Shown here piece by piece: positions 1-10,761 of a DNA stretch of 47,525 nt. The notes under the pieces were generated by a model. That model worked only from the letters and a program-made list of their open reading frames with translations. It searched no databases and was not told the origin of the DNA. A program made the position numbers and the translations under genes. Where the stretch lies: contig DAOORA010000033.1 in assembly GCA_035389045.1 (NCBI GenBank), positions 1 to 47,525 on the forward strand. The letters are read 5' to 3'. The stretch is from Bacteroidales bacterium (GTDB taxonomy: Bacteria; Bacteroidota; Bacteroidia; Bacteroidales; CAIWKO01). The first letter of the stretch is position 1, and the number at the start of each line of letters is the position of its first letter.

Positions 1-122
1 TTATTCTTAACGAACCTGAAAACTAACACAAAAATATCATTTAATACAAAACTTTTGTATTATATTTTTTTTCTATTGAAAAAAAGTAAGCAATCAGAAT
101 AACTTTAAAACACTTGACAAAA

Positions 123-3100
123 TCAGTGAACCAGTTTCAACACCCGGCATTTGGCATTGTTTGTACCTGTGAATTCCAGTTTGAACGTATACAAGCCGGC
201 CGGCAGTTCTTCTGGTGAGAACGCCACCGTATGCCTGCCGCTGTTCTGATGTTCATCTACAAGCACTGTCACCATCTCTCCCAAAGTATTGAACACTTTC
301 AGTTTTACGCTTCCGCTTTCAGGGATACTGTATGTCAGCGTTGTGTTATTGTAAAAAGGATTGGGATATCCGGAGAATTCGAATCCGGTTTCAGCGTTGT
401 TACCCAGAACAAGGATCTTTGGCATTAGCAGGTAGGTCTCGTCATTTTCTTCGCCGTATTGATCACCTATTACCCCTGTGCCGTTCAGGTAAAAACCGAT
501 TTCACCCTCCGGCAATGTTCTGACAGGCCGGAACCCAAGTCTGATCACTTCTTCATTATCTGCAACGTCGAAATGATTGGTTGTGGCGAATACAACCCTG
601 ATCACTCCGTTTTCATCGGTTACCAGCAGATCGTTATCGTCAGCGATAATTTCATCCAGCGTAGGATTGATCTCAGTCATCCCATTTTTATGAACTGTTT
701 TTGGCATAGTAACATTTATTAGTTTGTAATCCTCGTTTGGATAAATTAATTCCAGTCCTAATGCCGAAAGATCATTCATTTTTGTGCTGATCCGTAATGG
801 AATTTCAAAATAACCTGGATCTTCGGTAGTTATATATTCGTCTGAAGTAATAATGATGTTTTTGGGAAGTGATTTTGCAGAAGCCCATGATGTTAATGAG
901 TCGCGGTATTTACTGCTGGATGCATTGAAATCGCCGTAACAAATTGTTTTCAGCTGTAAATTCATATCGGCGCCGGCCATAGTGATCATGGTATCTGTTA
1001 GAGGCCAGTTCCCGGCAGGGAAGTTTTTGGTGACATTAAGGGGGGAACCCACTTTCCCTTTAATTCTGGCAATATCTACAGCGTTGATTGTTGAATTATT
1101 ATCAACATTGGCCGCTCTTTTGTAGATTTTTGAAAAATTCCGGGAAGGATCTGTAATGGTATCGGCTCCGATATAATATTTTACCATCGCTACATCAATG
1201 GCATTCAGATCGTTGCCGAGCAGCATCGTGTCCGGTGTGTATTTGTCATACGTCAGCAAATAGTTGCCATCCATAACATTGCTGAACTGATAAACACCAT
1301 AGTCGTTGCTTGTATCCCTTGCCAGTTCAACACCACCTGGAAAACTTTTCAATATCACTATTACATTGTCGATGCTGTATTTTATCGACGCATATGTCGG
1401 GGGGGTAGGGGCAGGATTGCCTGCATTTGCTTTGCCTGCATAAACGGTTTTACCGCTTAGGGTGTGTCCGTATGATGTCACAATATGCATTTCAATAACA
1501 TTTGATGTGTCTTTGTCTTTCAGGAGACAGGGATAATCAGAGGTCATCACCACATCATAAACAGCTCCGTCTGTTATGGCTGATGTCGCATACGTAGAAG
1601 CTGTCGCACCGTTTATCAGTGTGCCATTTACGCGCCACTGATAAGACGGTGATGTGCCGCCATTGACAGGTGTTGCGGAAAATGTCACCGTTTGACCGGG
1701 GGCTGCCGGATTATTATCTGCAACAATAGTGACAACAGGTGCAGCGTATGGATTAACAGTCACTGCAATAGAATTTGATGCTGCAGTGGCTGGTGTTACA
1801 CATGTCAGGCCGGAGGTCATATAGCACATTACTGAATCATTATTGTTCAGGCTTGAACTTGCATAGTTGCTGGCGCTTCCGACAGAAATGCCGTTTACTC
1901 TCCAGTCATAAACGGGAGCACTTCCTCCATTGGTTATATTGGATGAAAATGTTATTAGTGTACCTGCACATACAGCGCCGGCAGGAGTGGCAGTGATCGT
2001 AATATCCGACACCGCATTATTGGAAACCGTCATGGTGAGGGAGTTTGATGTGACCAGCGCCGGGGAAACACATGGTGCATCCGATATCATGGTACAGGTG
2101 AAAACATCGTTGTTTACAATGGCATTTGTTGTGTAGGAGTCTGTTGTGGCGCCGCTGATATTGGCACCGTTCTTTTTCCACTGGTATACCGGATTGGTGC
2201 CTCCGCCTGTAGTTGAGGAACCGAATGTTACGCTCTGTCCTGAACAAATGGATGTGTTTGCTGTGGAAATGTTGATTTCCGGGCTGACAACAGGTGTCAC
2301 ATCAAGTAGTGTTTTGTTTGACGTGGCCAATGGGCTTGTCACACACGAGATATTCGACGTCAGGATCACCCATACGGAATCGTGGTCATTCCAGCCTGAA
2401 GCATTGTAATTTGGGCTGTTGACGCCAACAGCCACGTTGTTTTTGATCCATTGATACGATGGTGTTCCGCCGTTTAAAGGTGTTGCTGTAAAGGTAACGC
2501 TGGTGTTCCCGCATATTGATCCTGTCGGGCTGTGCACAACACTTACGCCCGGAGTGACAGGATTATTTACGGTGATAGCAAGTGTCCTTGGCATGGATGT
2601 CCCGCACGTGTTGTTCGCGGTAACCTGTATGCTTCCGCTGCTGCCTGCTGCAACCGAATTTATGGAGGTTGAAGATGATTGTCCTGTCCATCCTGCCGGG
2701 GGCGTCCAGGTATAATTCAAGGCGCCGGCCACTGGTGAAATGGAATAAATGTTCGAAGAATTTGCACAAACAGACGTACTGCCCGTGATGCTTCCCGGCT
2801 GAGCAGGGACGCTGGAAACCGACACGGATAAATTCTGAGCTGTGGATGATCCGCATGAATTGTTTGCAATAACGCTGATGGTGCCGCCGGCGCTGCCCAC
2901 TGTGGTAACTATAGTATTGGTCGTTGAAGATCCTGTCCATCCGGATGGCAGGGTCCATGTATAGGAGCTGGCTCCGGCTACAGAAGTTATGCTGTATGTT
3001 TGCACAGTATTGGCGCATGGAGCTGTTGTACCTGTGATATTTCCCGGTTGCAACGGCAGACTTATCCCACTGGGTGTAATGGTGAGCGATGAACTGCTTC

Positions 3101-6100
3101 CTGATCCGCAGGAATTTAGGGCAAATACCTGTATCGGACCGGCGCTGTTTCCGATCATGACATTAATGGAATTTGTTGTGGAAGCGCCGCTGTAACCCGA
3201 AGGAAGCACCCATGAATAGGCCGTGGCTCCGCTCACTGCTGTGATACTGTATGTTTGAAAAATGCCGGAACAGGGAGCTGTAGGCCCGCTTATGGCGCCC
3301 GGCGTGGCGGGCAATGCGGTAACCGTAATCGTTTTGCCCGATGCCGTACTGCTGGAGCAACTGTTATTAGCTACTACTGAAATGTTTCCACCTGTGTTTC
3401 CCGAAACGGCATTGATCGTATTTGATGTTGAGGACCCTGTCCATCCTGCAGGCAATGTCCATGTATATGATGTCGCCCCGGGTACCAGGGCAATGGAATA
3501 GGTTTGCGATGATCCTTCACAGACTGCAGAATTGCCGGTGATGGTGCCGGGCGTAGCCAATGCTGCCAGCGAAAATGCCGCGTTGCTCTGATCAGCGACA
3601 GTCCCGTTAGCATGGTCTTTCACCCTGATCAGTCCCTGCAGGGTAGTTGCTGATGGTACGGTCCAGTTATAGATGCCGTTTGTGGAGGTATAATTGCTGA
3701 TTACCGTGCTCCAGGTGCTGCCATTGTTTGATGAATACTCGATATCGTAAGCCCCTGATGTTCCGTTGGCGCTCCAGGTGATGTCATGTGAAGAGCATAT
3801 TGTCCAGCTTTCGCCTCCGTTTGGGGAGGTGACGGTGATAGCAGCCGGAGCAGCAGCAATGGTAAAGGCAAGATCGTTTATATCCTGCTTGCAGGTGTTA
3901 TTATTGTCAGTTACACGAATATAGCAGTTTGTGGATGGCGCATTCGGAACATTCCAGTTATATGAATTTGTGGTTATATAAGAATTAAATACAATAGAAT
4001 TCCAGGTGCTTCCCCCGTTGGTAGAATAATCAATATTATAATAATTTGATACACCTTGTGCCGTCCAGGTAATGTTTAATGAAGAACCGACGGCAAAACT
4101 GCCTCCGTTGCCCGGGTTGGTCACAGCAATCGTTGAAGTAATACTGAAAACTTCATCGCTCTGGTCGACCTTACTGCTGTTACCGTTATTCTTTACTTTC
4201 ACCAGACAATAGTCCGATGGTGTATTGGGCAATGTCCAGTTATAGGAATAATTGGGGCCTCCTGAGAACGACTGGCTGACAATAGTGTTCCAGGTATTTC
4301 CACCGTTCAGGGAATATTGTAACTGGTAGCTTCCGGAGCTTCCTTCGCCCTGCCATGTGATAGTTGTTACCGTGCAGCCGCTGAGGTTTTCTCCGCCGTC
4401 AGGCGCGGTAACAACAACAGCAGGTTTTATAGTAAATGTCGCATTGCTGACATCAGAGGTAGCATTGTTGCCAACGTCGGTTACCCTTATCAGGGCTTTG
4501 GTTGTGGAGATACTCGGAACCGTCCATGAGTAAGATCCGTTGTTGCTGGTTGATCCGGTGATCTCCACCCATGTCGCACTGCTGTCGGCTGAATATTCAA
4601 TTTTCACATAAGCGGAAGAAAGATAGTCAGAGGACCAAGTAATAGAGGCCGTATTATATGCATACAGCGTTTGTCCGCCATTCGGTGAGGTTACTGTAAT
4701 GTATGGCGTTGGAGCGGTAATGGTCATTGGGGCGTCTGTGATATCGTATTTACAGGTGTTGTTGTAATCTTCAATTTTGATAAAGACATTATTGGAAGGA
4801 TTGTTGGGTATAGTCCAGACATATTGATTGGAGGTAATATACTGATTGGATATTATCGTGTTCCATGATGCTCCACCGTTGACAGAATAATAAATATTAT
4901 AGTAATTACTTACGCTGGCGCTGGCCCAGCTTATGGTTCTTGTTGCAGGATTATCCACCTGCCAGTTTTCGCCTCCGTTAGGAGTGTTGATAATAATATA
5001 GGTTTGCTGATTCAGCGTAAAGTTGGCATTGCTTACATCATTGACAGCGGTGTTGGAAACAAGACTCACTCGTACCAGGGCTTGTGTTGTAGAGATATTT
5101 GTCACCGGATTCCACGAAAAGGAAGAGGATGTGGTACTGGTGACAAGCGTTGTCCATGTATAACCATTATTTGTTGAATACTCAACCCTGTAAGGCCCTG
5201 AGCCTGTTCCGTATCCCGACCAGGTGATGCTTTGTGAAACGCAGCCATTCCAGGACTCCCCACCATTAGGTGAGGTTACGGTGATGTATGGAGCAACTAT
5301 GCTGAAAACAGCATTGCTGATATCATTTACAGAAGGATTTCCGTATTCGCTCACACGCACCAGGCACTGCGAAGATGGAGTGTTGGGTACGGACCAGCTT
5401 TCGCTGCCGTCGTTGTTTGTAGCGGTCAGTATCACATTCCATGTTGCGCCGTTGTCATTGGTATATTCCAGTTTTACGAAGGAAGAAGTCAGATATTGTG
5501 AAGACCAGCTAATGTTGTATGATGTACCGACATAAAACGTATTGCCGCCATTTGGCGCGGTGACCGTGATTACGGGTGTAGGAGCCAGTATGGTAAATAC
5601 CGCATCGCTTACATCAAACTTGCACGAATTATTATAATCCTCAACCTTGACGATTACCTGTGCGGAAGGGGCGTTGGGAATTGTCCAGGTGTATTGGGGT
5701 GAGGATGAACCGGAATAATAATTTGTAGTGATCGTTGTCCATGTGGAACCGTTGTTGGTGGAATAATAAAGGTTGTAATAATAACTTGTACCGCTGGCTG
5801 TCCAGGTAATGGTCCTGGTATTCGGATTGGCTACCTGCCAGTTTTCGCCGCCATTGGGCGAAGTTACAATAATGGCTGTGTTTTGGGTGATGGTGAAATT
5901 GGCATTGCTCACATCGGTCACTAAGGCATCGGCGGTTTTTGTAACTCTTACGGAACACTGCGTCGAAGGAGTGTTGGGAACAGGATTCCATGTATAGGAT
6001 GATGACGAAGTACTTGACGTCAGCGTGTTCCAGGTAGTTCCGTTATCGGCCGTATATTCCACTTTCCAGGGTCCGCTGGCGCCATAAGCAGACCATGTAA

Positions 6101-9100
6101 TACTCTGTGAAGAGCATCCGTTCCAGCTTTCTCCGCCATTAGGTGACGTAACTGCCACATAGGGATATTTGATGTTGAACACCGCATTGCTCACATCATA
6201 AACCGAAGCATTTCCGTATTCGCTGATACGTACCAGGCAATTTACAGAAGGGGTATTGGGTATGGTCCATGATTCGGAGCCGTCGTTGCTGGTTGAGGCA
6301 AATATTGTTGTCCAGGAAGCGCCGTTATTGACAGAGTACTCGATGGTTACAAAATTGGAGTTCAGATATCCTGAGCTCCACGTAATGGAATTAGTGCCGC
6401 CCACATATAAATTATTTCCTCCGTTGGGACTGTTAACCGTGATGTACGGCGTGGGAGAGGAGATGGTGAACACCGCGTCGCTTACATCATATTTACATGG
6501 ATTGTTATCATCTTCCACCCTGATAAGGCATTGCGTGGAAGGATTGTTGGGTAGGGTCCAGGAATACTGTCCGTTGGTGATATACTGATACGTGGCGATG
6601 GTGATCCATGTGGCGCCGTTGTTGATGGAGTAATACAGGTTGTAATAATTGCTTGTTCCTGACCAGGCCCATGTGATCAGTTGGGTTGCTCCGCCGACCT
6701 GCCAGTTTTCACCTCCGTTGGGCGTGTTAATCACTATGGCGGTATTCAGCGTTATGGTGAAGGTTGTATTGCTGATATCGGTAACGAGGGCATCCGTGGT
6801 TTTTGTGACCCTTATTAAGTACTGTGTGCCGGGATTGTTCGGAACAGGGTTCCACGAATAGGACGAAGATGATGTACTGTTCGTCAGGATGTTCCATAGA
6901 GCTCCGTTATCTGTCGAATACTCTACTTTCCATGATCCGTTGCCTGTGCCATATCCCGACCAGGTGATGGTCTGAGTCGAGCAGCCTGCCCAGCTTTCTC
7001 CTCCATTGGGAGCAGTGATCACCACGTAAGGGTAAACGATGGAAAACACAGCATTGCTGATATCATAGACCACGGCATTATTGAACTCACTCACACGGAC
7101 AAGGCATTGAGCCGATGGCGTGTTGGGAATGGTCCAGCTTTCGCTCCCGTCATTATTGGTAGAATTGATGATGGTTGTCCATGCACCGCCGTTGTTGATA
7201 GAATATTCAATTTTGACATATGGTGAGGTGAGATAGGCTGACGACCAGGTAATGTTATATGATGTACCAACATAATACGTATTACCGCCATTGGGTGCGG
7301 TTACCGTAATTACCGGTGTGGGCGCCTGTATAGTAAATACAGCATCGCTTACATCGAATTTGCATACATTATTATAATCCTCAACCCTGATGAGTACCTG
7401 TGCGGAAGGGGTGTTGGGAATTGTCCAGGTATATTGGGGCGTTGATGAAGAGGAATAAAAATATGTGGTGATCGCGGTCCATGTGGAACCGTTGTCAATG
7501 GAGTAGTATAGATTGTAATAATAACTTGTCCCGCTGGACGTCCAGGTAATGGTTCTTGTATTCGGATTGGCTACCTGCCAGTTTTCACCACCATTGGGCG
7601 AGGTTACAACGATGGCTGTGTTTTGTGTGATAGTGAAACTGGAATTGCTCATGTCAGTCACTAAGGCATCGGTGGTTTTTGTAACTCTTACGGAACATTG
7701 TGTCGAAGGAGTGTTTGGAACAGGATTCCATGTATATGATGATGACGAAGTACTTGACGTCAGGGTGTTCCAGGTAGTTCCGTTATCAGCGGTGTATTCC
7801 ACTTTCCATGGGCCGCTGGCGCCATAAGCCGACCAGGTGATGCTCTGCGATGAACATCCGTTCCAGCTTTCTCCGCCATTGGGAGAAGTGATTGACACAA
7901 AGGGATATTTGATATTGAACACCGCATTGCTGACATCGTAAACCGAAGGGTTTCCGTATTCGCTGATGCGTACCAGGCAATTTACCGAAGGGGTATTGGG
8001 TATGGTCCATGGTTCGCTGCCGTCATTGCCGGTTGAAGCAAACAGGGTTGTCCATGAGGCACCGTTATCAACCGAGTATTCAATGGTTACAAAATTTGAA
8101 CTCAGGTATGCGCTGTTCCATGTGATATTATTCGTGCCTCCCACATACAAGTTATTTCCCCCGTTGGGGCTGGTAACGGTGATGGTTGGTGTGGGAGCGG
8201 CAATGGTAAACACCGTGTCGCTAACATCATATTTACATGGATTGTTATCATCTTCCACTCTGACGAGGCATTGCGTGGAAGGGTTATTGGGTATGGTCCA
8301 TGAATATTGTCCGTTGGTGATATACTGGTAGGTGGCGATGGTGATCCATGTGGAGCCGTTGTTGATGGAGTAATACAGGTTATAATAATTACTTGTTCCT
8401 GACCAGGCCCATGTGATCAGCTGTGCTGTTCCGCCCACCTGCCAGCTTTCTCCTCCGTTCGGGGTGTTAACAACGATGGCTGTATTCAGAGTTATGTTGA
8501 ATGTGGCATTGGAGACGTCAGTGACCAGGGCGTCTGTAGTCTTTGTAACACGCACCAGGTATTGGGTTCCGGGAATATTCGGAACCGGGTTCCAGGTATA
8601 GGAAGATGAAGAAGTGCCGGATGTAAGAATATTCCAGCTGCTGCCGTTATTGTTTGAATATTCCACTTTCCACGGGCCTGAACCTGCACCATAGCCCGCC
8701 CAGGTAATCGTTTGTGATGAACAGCCCGCCCAGCTTTCGCCGCCATTGGGCGAGGTGATGGTGACATAGGGATATACAATACTGAAGACGGCATTGCTGA
8801 CATCGTAAACAGCAGGATTGCCGAATTCACTCACACGAATCAGGCATTGTAACGACGGAGTATTGGGTACAGACCATGTTTCGCTTCCGTCGTTGTTGGT
8901 TGAATTGGCGATTACCTGCCAGGTGGCGCCGTTATCCGTTGAATATTCCAGTTTTACAAAAGGTGAGGTCAGGTATGATGAAGTCCACGAAACAGTATAT
9001 GCTGAACCAATATAAAAGGTATTCCCTCCATTGGGCGAAGAAACTGTGATCACCGGGGTGGCAGGACTTATCGTGAACAAATTGTCACTGATGTCTGTTC

Positions 9101-10568
9101 TGCAGGAAGAGTTTTGATAGTCATACATCTGTATCAGGCAGTTAGCCGATGGTGTATTGGGAAGCGGGTTCCAGGTATACTGTCCGTTGGCTACGGTGAC
9201 CCCGCTTACAACGGTAGTCCAGTTGTTTCCTGCATCGGTCGAATAGCGGATGGTCCAATCATTTGACGCACCCGGTCCCTGTGTCCATGTGATGGTTTTT
9301 GAGGTTCCTCCCTGCCATGTTTCTCCCCCGTTGGGTGAAGTGATTACAAGAGCCGGTACAATGGTAAAGGCCGCATTGCTCGAATCCCTTATAGCGCTGT
9401 TATTATAGTCATAGATCCTTACCCGGGCCTGTGATGTGCTGACATTAGGCACGGTCCATGAAAAGGTACAGTTTCCCCCCGACTGATAATAGTTGGACGC
9501 AAGAGCGCTCCATGAAACTCCATTATTTATAGAGTAATCAATATTAAAATAATTGCTCGTTCCTGTCCTTGTCCACGTTATGGAATACGTATTGCAGCCG
9601 TTAAGGCTTTCCCCTCCGTTAGGAGCATTGACAGTGATGGCGCCAAGAGCAATAGTGAACACCGCATTACTGATATCATTGGTGGAAGGGTTGCCGACAT
9701 CAGAAATCCGGACCAGGCAGTTGGGGCTGGGTGTGTTGGGAATATTAGACCAGTTGTATGATCCTGTATTGTTTGTAGAACTGATAATAGTGGTCCATGC
9801 AGAACCGTTATTGACGGAGTATTCTATTTTCACAAAACTGCTGCTGAGGTAGGCCGACGACCAGGTTATGGTGTGCGATTGCCCTATATATAACGTATTC
9901 CCACCATTAGGGGAGTTAACGGTCAGTACAGGTGTTGCCGGGGCTATGGTAAACAGGTTGTCGCTTGCGTCAGTTTTGCATGAGGAGCCGTTATCGGTCA
10001 CCCTCACCAGGCATGCAGTGGACGGATTGTTAGGAATGGTCCATGCATAGGTGTATGTATTGCCGGAAGGTGAAAACGTAGTGTTTACGATGGAAGCCCA
10101 GGAACCTCCGGCATTTACTGAATATTCAAGCAGGAAAGAATTACTGGTGCCATATCCGTTCCAGACGATGTTCTGGGCGCTTCCGCCCACCTGCCAGCTT
10201 TCACCACCGTTGGGCGTACTGACAACCAATGCCGGCGTTATGGTGAAATTCAGATTACTCAGGTCTGAAACAGTATTGTTATTAAAATCATAAACCCTTA
10301 CCAATGCTTCTGACGTGCTGATATTTGGCACGGTCCAGTTCAGGGATGTACCGCTGTAATTGCTGGCCAGGACAGCCCAGGTACTTCCGTTATTGGTCGA
10401 ATATTCCACATTAAAATATCCTGATGTGCCTGATTGTGTCCATGTAATAGAATGATTTGTACAACCCGGCCAGGTTTCTCCTCCATTGGGAGATGTTATG
10501 GTAATGGACTGCGCCATCATGCCGATGCTCATGAGAAGAGCAAAAAGCAAAGTAAAAAAAGATTTCAT
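123..10568 (-). CDS. Giant T9SS-secreted surface protein/adhesin (3481 aa): 24 Ig-like SPNGG repeats, 4 PKD-like and 4 further Ig-like domains, dockerin-like and cohesin-like modules, T9SS type A CTD
   Basis: Signal peptide MKSFFTLLFALLMSIGMMA|Q. ~97-aa repeats (T-S-PNGGE-W...I-W...YS-NNG--W...W-IPN-PS--CLVRV--D-S---F-I). Four PG-I-G---C---Y--...YTWTLP-GWTG units. C-terminal YPNPF...GLY...LKLVH. Confidence 0.9.
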   Translation of the reverse strand: MKSFFTLLFALLMSIGMMAQSITITSPNGGETWPGCTNHSITWTQSGTSGYFNVEYSTNNGSTWAVLASNYSGTSLNWTVPNISTSEALVRVYDFNNNTVSDLSNLNFTITPALVVSTPNGGESWQVGGSAQNIVWNGYGTSNSFLLEYSVNAGGSWASIVNTTFSPSGNTYTYAWTIPNNPSTACLVRVTDNGSSCKTDASDNLFTIAPATPVLTVNSPNGGNTLYIGQSHTITWSSAYLSSSFVKIEYSVNNGSAWTTIISSTNNTGSYNWSNIPNTPSPNCLVRISDVGNPSTNDISNAVFTIALGAITVNAPNGGESLNGCNTYSITWTRTGTSNYFNIDYSINNGVSWSALASNYYQSGGNCTFSWTVPNVSTSQARVRIYDYNNSAIRDSSNAAFTIVPALVITSPNGGETWQGGTSKTITWTQGPGASNDWTIRYSTDAGNNWTTVVSGVTVANGQYTWNPLPNTPSANCLIQMYDYQNSSCRTDISDNLFTISPATPVITVSSPNGGNTFYIGSAYTVSWTSSYLTSPFVKLEYSTDNGATWQVIANSTNNDGSETWSVPNTPSLQCLIRVSEFGNPAVYDVSNAVFSIVYPYVTITSPNGGESWAGCSSQTITWAGYGAGSGPWKVEYSNNNGSSWNILTSGTSSSSYTWNPVPNIPGTQYLVRVTKTTDALVTDVSNATFNITLNTAIVVNTPNGGESWQVGGTAQLITWAWSGTSNYYNLYYSINNGSTWITIATYQYITNGQYSWTIPNNPSTQCLVRVEDDNNPCKYDVSDTVFTIAAPTPTITVTSPNGGNNLYVGGTNNITWNSAYLSSNFVTIEYSVDNGASWTTLFASTGNDGSEPWTIPNTPSVNCLVRISEYGNPSVYDVSNAVFNIKYPFVSITSPNGGESWNGCSSQSITWSAYGASGPWKVEYTADNGTTWNTLTSSTSSSSYTWNPVPNTPSTQCSVRVTKTTDALVTDMSNSSFTITQNTAIVVTSPNGGENWQVANPNTRTITWTSSGTSYYYNLYYSIDNGSTWTAITTYFYSSSSTPQYTWTIPNTPSAQVLIRVEDYNNVCKFDVSDAVFTIQAPTPVITVTAPNGGNTYYVGTSYNITWSSAYLTSPYVKIEYSINNGGAWTTIINSTNNDGSESWTIPNTPSAQCLVRVSEFNNAVVYDISNAVFSIVYPYVVITAPNGGESWAGCSTQTITWSGYGTGNGSWKVEYSTDNGALWNILTNSTSSSSYSWNPVPNNPGTQYLIRVTKTTDALVTDISNTTFTITLNTAIVINTPNGGENWQVGGATQLITWAWSGTSNYYNLYYSINNGATWITIATYQYITNGQYSWTLPNNPSTQCLIRVEDDNNPCKYDVSDAVFTISSPTPYITVNSPNGGNNLYVGGTNSITWSSGYLNSNFVTIEYSVNNGASWTTIFASTSNDGSESWTIPNTPSVNCLVRISEYGNASVYDVSNAVFNIKYPYVAVTSPNGGESWNGCSSQSITWSAYGASGPWKVEYTADNGTTWNTLTSSTSSSSYTWNPVPNTPSTQCSVRVTKTADALVTDVSNANFTITQNTAIIVTSPNGGENWQVANPNTRTITWTASGTSYYYNLYYSTNNGSTWTTITTNYYSGSSSPQYTWTIPNAPSAQVIVKVEDYNNSCKFDVSDAVFTILAPTPVITVTAPNGGNTFYVGTSYNISWSSQYLTSSFVKLEYTNDNGATWNVILTATNNDGSESWSVPNTPSSQCLVRVSEYGNPSVNDISNAVFSIVAPYITVTSPNGGESWNGCVSQSITWSGYGTGSGPYRVEYSTNNGYTWTTLVTSTTSSSFSWNPVTNISTTQALVRVSLVSNTAVNDVSNANFTLNQQTYIIINTPNGGENWQVDNPATRTISWASASVSNYYNIYYSVNGGASWNTIISNQYITSNQYVWTIPNNPSNNVFIKIEDYNNTCKYDITDAPMTITAPTPYITVTSPNGGQTLYAYNTASITWSSDYLSSAYVKIEYSADSSATWVEITGSTSNNGSYSWTVPSISTTKALIRVTDVGNNATSDVSNATFTIKPAVVVTAPDGGENLSGCTVTTITWQGEGSSGSYQLQYSLNGGNTWNTIVSQSFSGGPNYSYNWTLPNTPSDYCLVKVKNNGNSSKVDQSDEVFSITSTIAVTNPGNGGSFAVGSSLNITWTAQGVSNYYNIDYSTNGGSTWNSIVFNSYITTNSYNWNVPNAPSTNCYIRVTDNNNTCKQDINDLAFTIAAAPAAITVTSPNGGESWTICSSHDITWSANGTSGAYDIEYSSNNGSTWSTVISNYTSTNGIYNWTVPSATTLQGLIRVKDHANGTVADQSNAAFSLAALATPGTITGNSAVCEGSSQTYSIALVPGATSYTWTLPAGWTGSSTSNTINAVSGNTGGNISVVANNSCSSSTASGKTITVTALPATPGAISGPTAPCSGIFQTYSITAVSGATAYSWVLPSGYSGASTTNSINVMIGNSAGPIQVFALNSCGSGSSSSLTITPSGISLPLQPGNITGTTAPCANTVQTYSITSVAGASSYTWTLPSGWTGSSTTNTIVTTVGSAGGTISVIANNSCGSSTAQNLSVSVSSVPAQPGSITGSTSVCANSSNIYSISPVAGALNYTWTPPAGWTGQSSSTSINSVAAGSSGSIQVTANNTCGTSMPRTLAITVNNPVTPGVSVVHSPTGSICGNTSVTFTATPLNGGTPSYQWIKNNVAVGVNSPNYNASGWNDHDSVWVILTSNISCVTSPLATSNKTLLDVTPVVSPEINISTANTSICSGQSVTFGSSTTGGGTNPVYQWKKNGANISGATTDSYTTNAIVNNDVFTCTMISDAPCVSPALVTSNSLTMTVSNNAVSDITITATPAGAVCAGTLITFSSNITNGGSAPVYDWRVNGISVGSASNYASSSLNNNDSVMCYMTSGLTCVTPATAASNSIAVTVNPYAAPVVTIVADNNPAAPGQTVTFSATPVNGGTSPSYQWRVNGTLINGATASTYATSAITDGAVYDVVMTSDYPCLLKDKDTSNVIEMHIVTSYGHTLSGKTVYAGKANAGNPAPTPPTYASIKYSIDNVIVILKSFPGGVELARDTSNDYGVYQFSNVMDGNYLLTYDKYTPDTMLLGNDLNAIDVAMVKYYIGADTITDPSRNFSKIYKRAANVDNNSTINAVDIARIKGKVGSPLNVTKNFPAGNWPLTDTMITMAGADMNLQLKTICYGDFNASSSKYRDSLTSWASAKSLPKNIIITSDEYITTEDPGYFEIPLRISTKMNDLSALGLELIYPNEDYKLINVTMPKTVHKNGMTEINPTLDEIIADDNDLLVTDENGVIRVVFATTNHFDVADNEEVIRLGFRPVRTLPEGEIGFYLNGTGVIGDQYGEENDETYLLMPKILVLGNNAETGFEFSGYPNPFYNNTTLTYSIPESGSVKLKVFNTLGEMVTVLVDEHQNSGRHTVAFSPEELPAGLYTFKLEFTGTNNAKCRVLKLVH
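5340..9060 (-). repeat. 1740-bp (580-aa, six-domain) tandem super-repeat inside the giant gene
   Basis: Near-identical DNA at offset 1740: 5821 TTCGGATTGGCTACCTGCCAGTTTTC vs 7561, 6481 vs 8221, 5521 vs 7261. Boundaries are approximate. Confidence 0.85.
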
Positions 10569-10606
10569 TATTTGTTGATTTTAAAATACTTGTGATAGTA
10601 AGGCGA

Positions 10607-10614
10607 CAAATTTA
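10607..10614 (-). promoter_or_regulatory. Bacteroidota -7 promoter element (TAAATTTG) for the giant gene
   Basis: Matches TAnnTTTG on the minus strand, ~40 bp upstream of the ATG at 10568. Confidence 0.5.
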
Positions 10615-10761
10615 ACGATTTTTTGGGTTTAAATATGAAAATCGGGGAAAAAGCAAAAGTACGAAATAATGCACAATATTTCAACCGGAATTCACAATAG
10701 TGTTTTTCACTCCTGATCAAAAACATTTTGCCATAAGAAAACAAAGCTGTGCACACATAGT

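Noticed and set aside
5340..9060. 1740-bp duplication as a DGR template/variable repeat pair
   Set aside because: Both copies are in frame in one gene, the differences look mostly synonymous rather than adenine-specific, and no reverse transcriptase is present in the window.
231..10293. Many short ORFs antisense to or out of frame within the giant gene
   Set aside because: Shadow ORFs that recur with the repeat period (e.g. 5809 and 7549). No independent coding signal.
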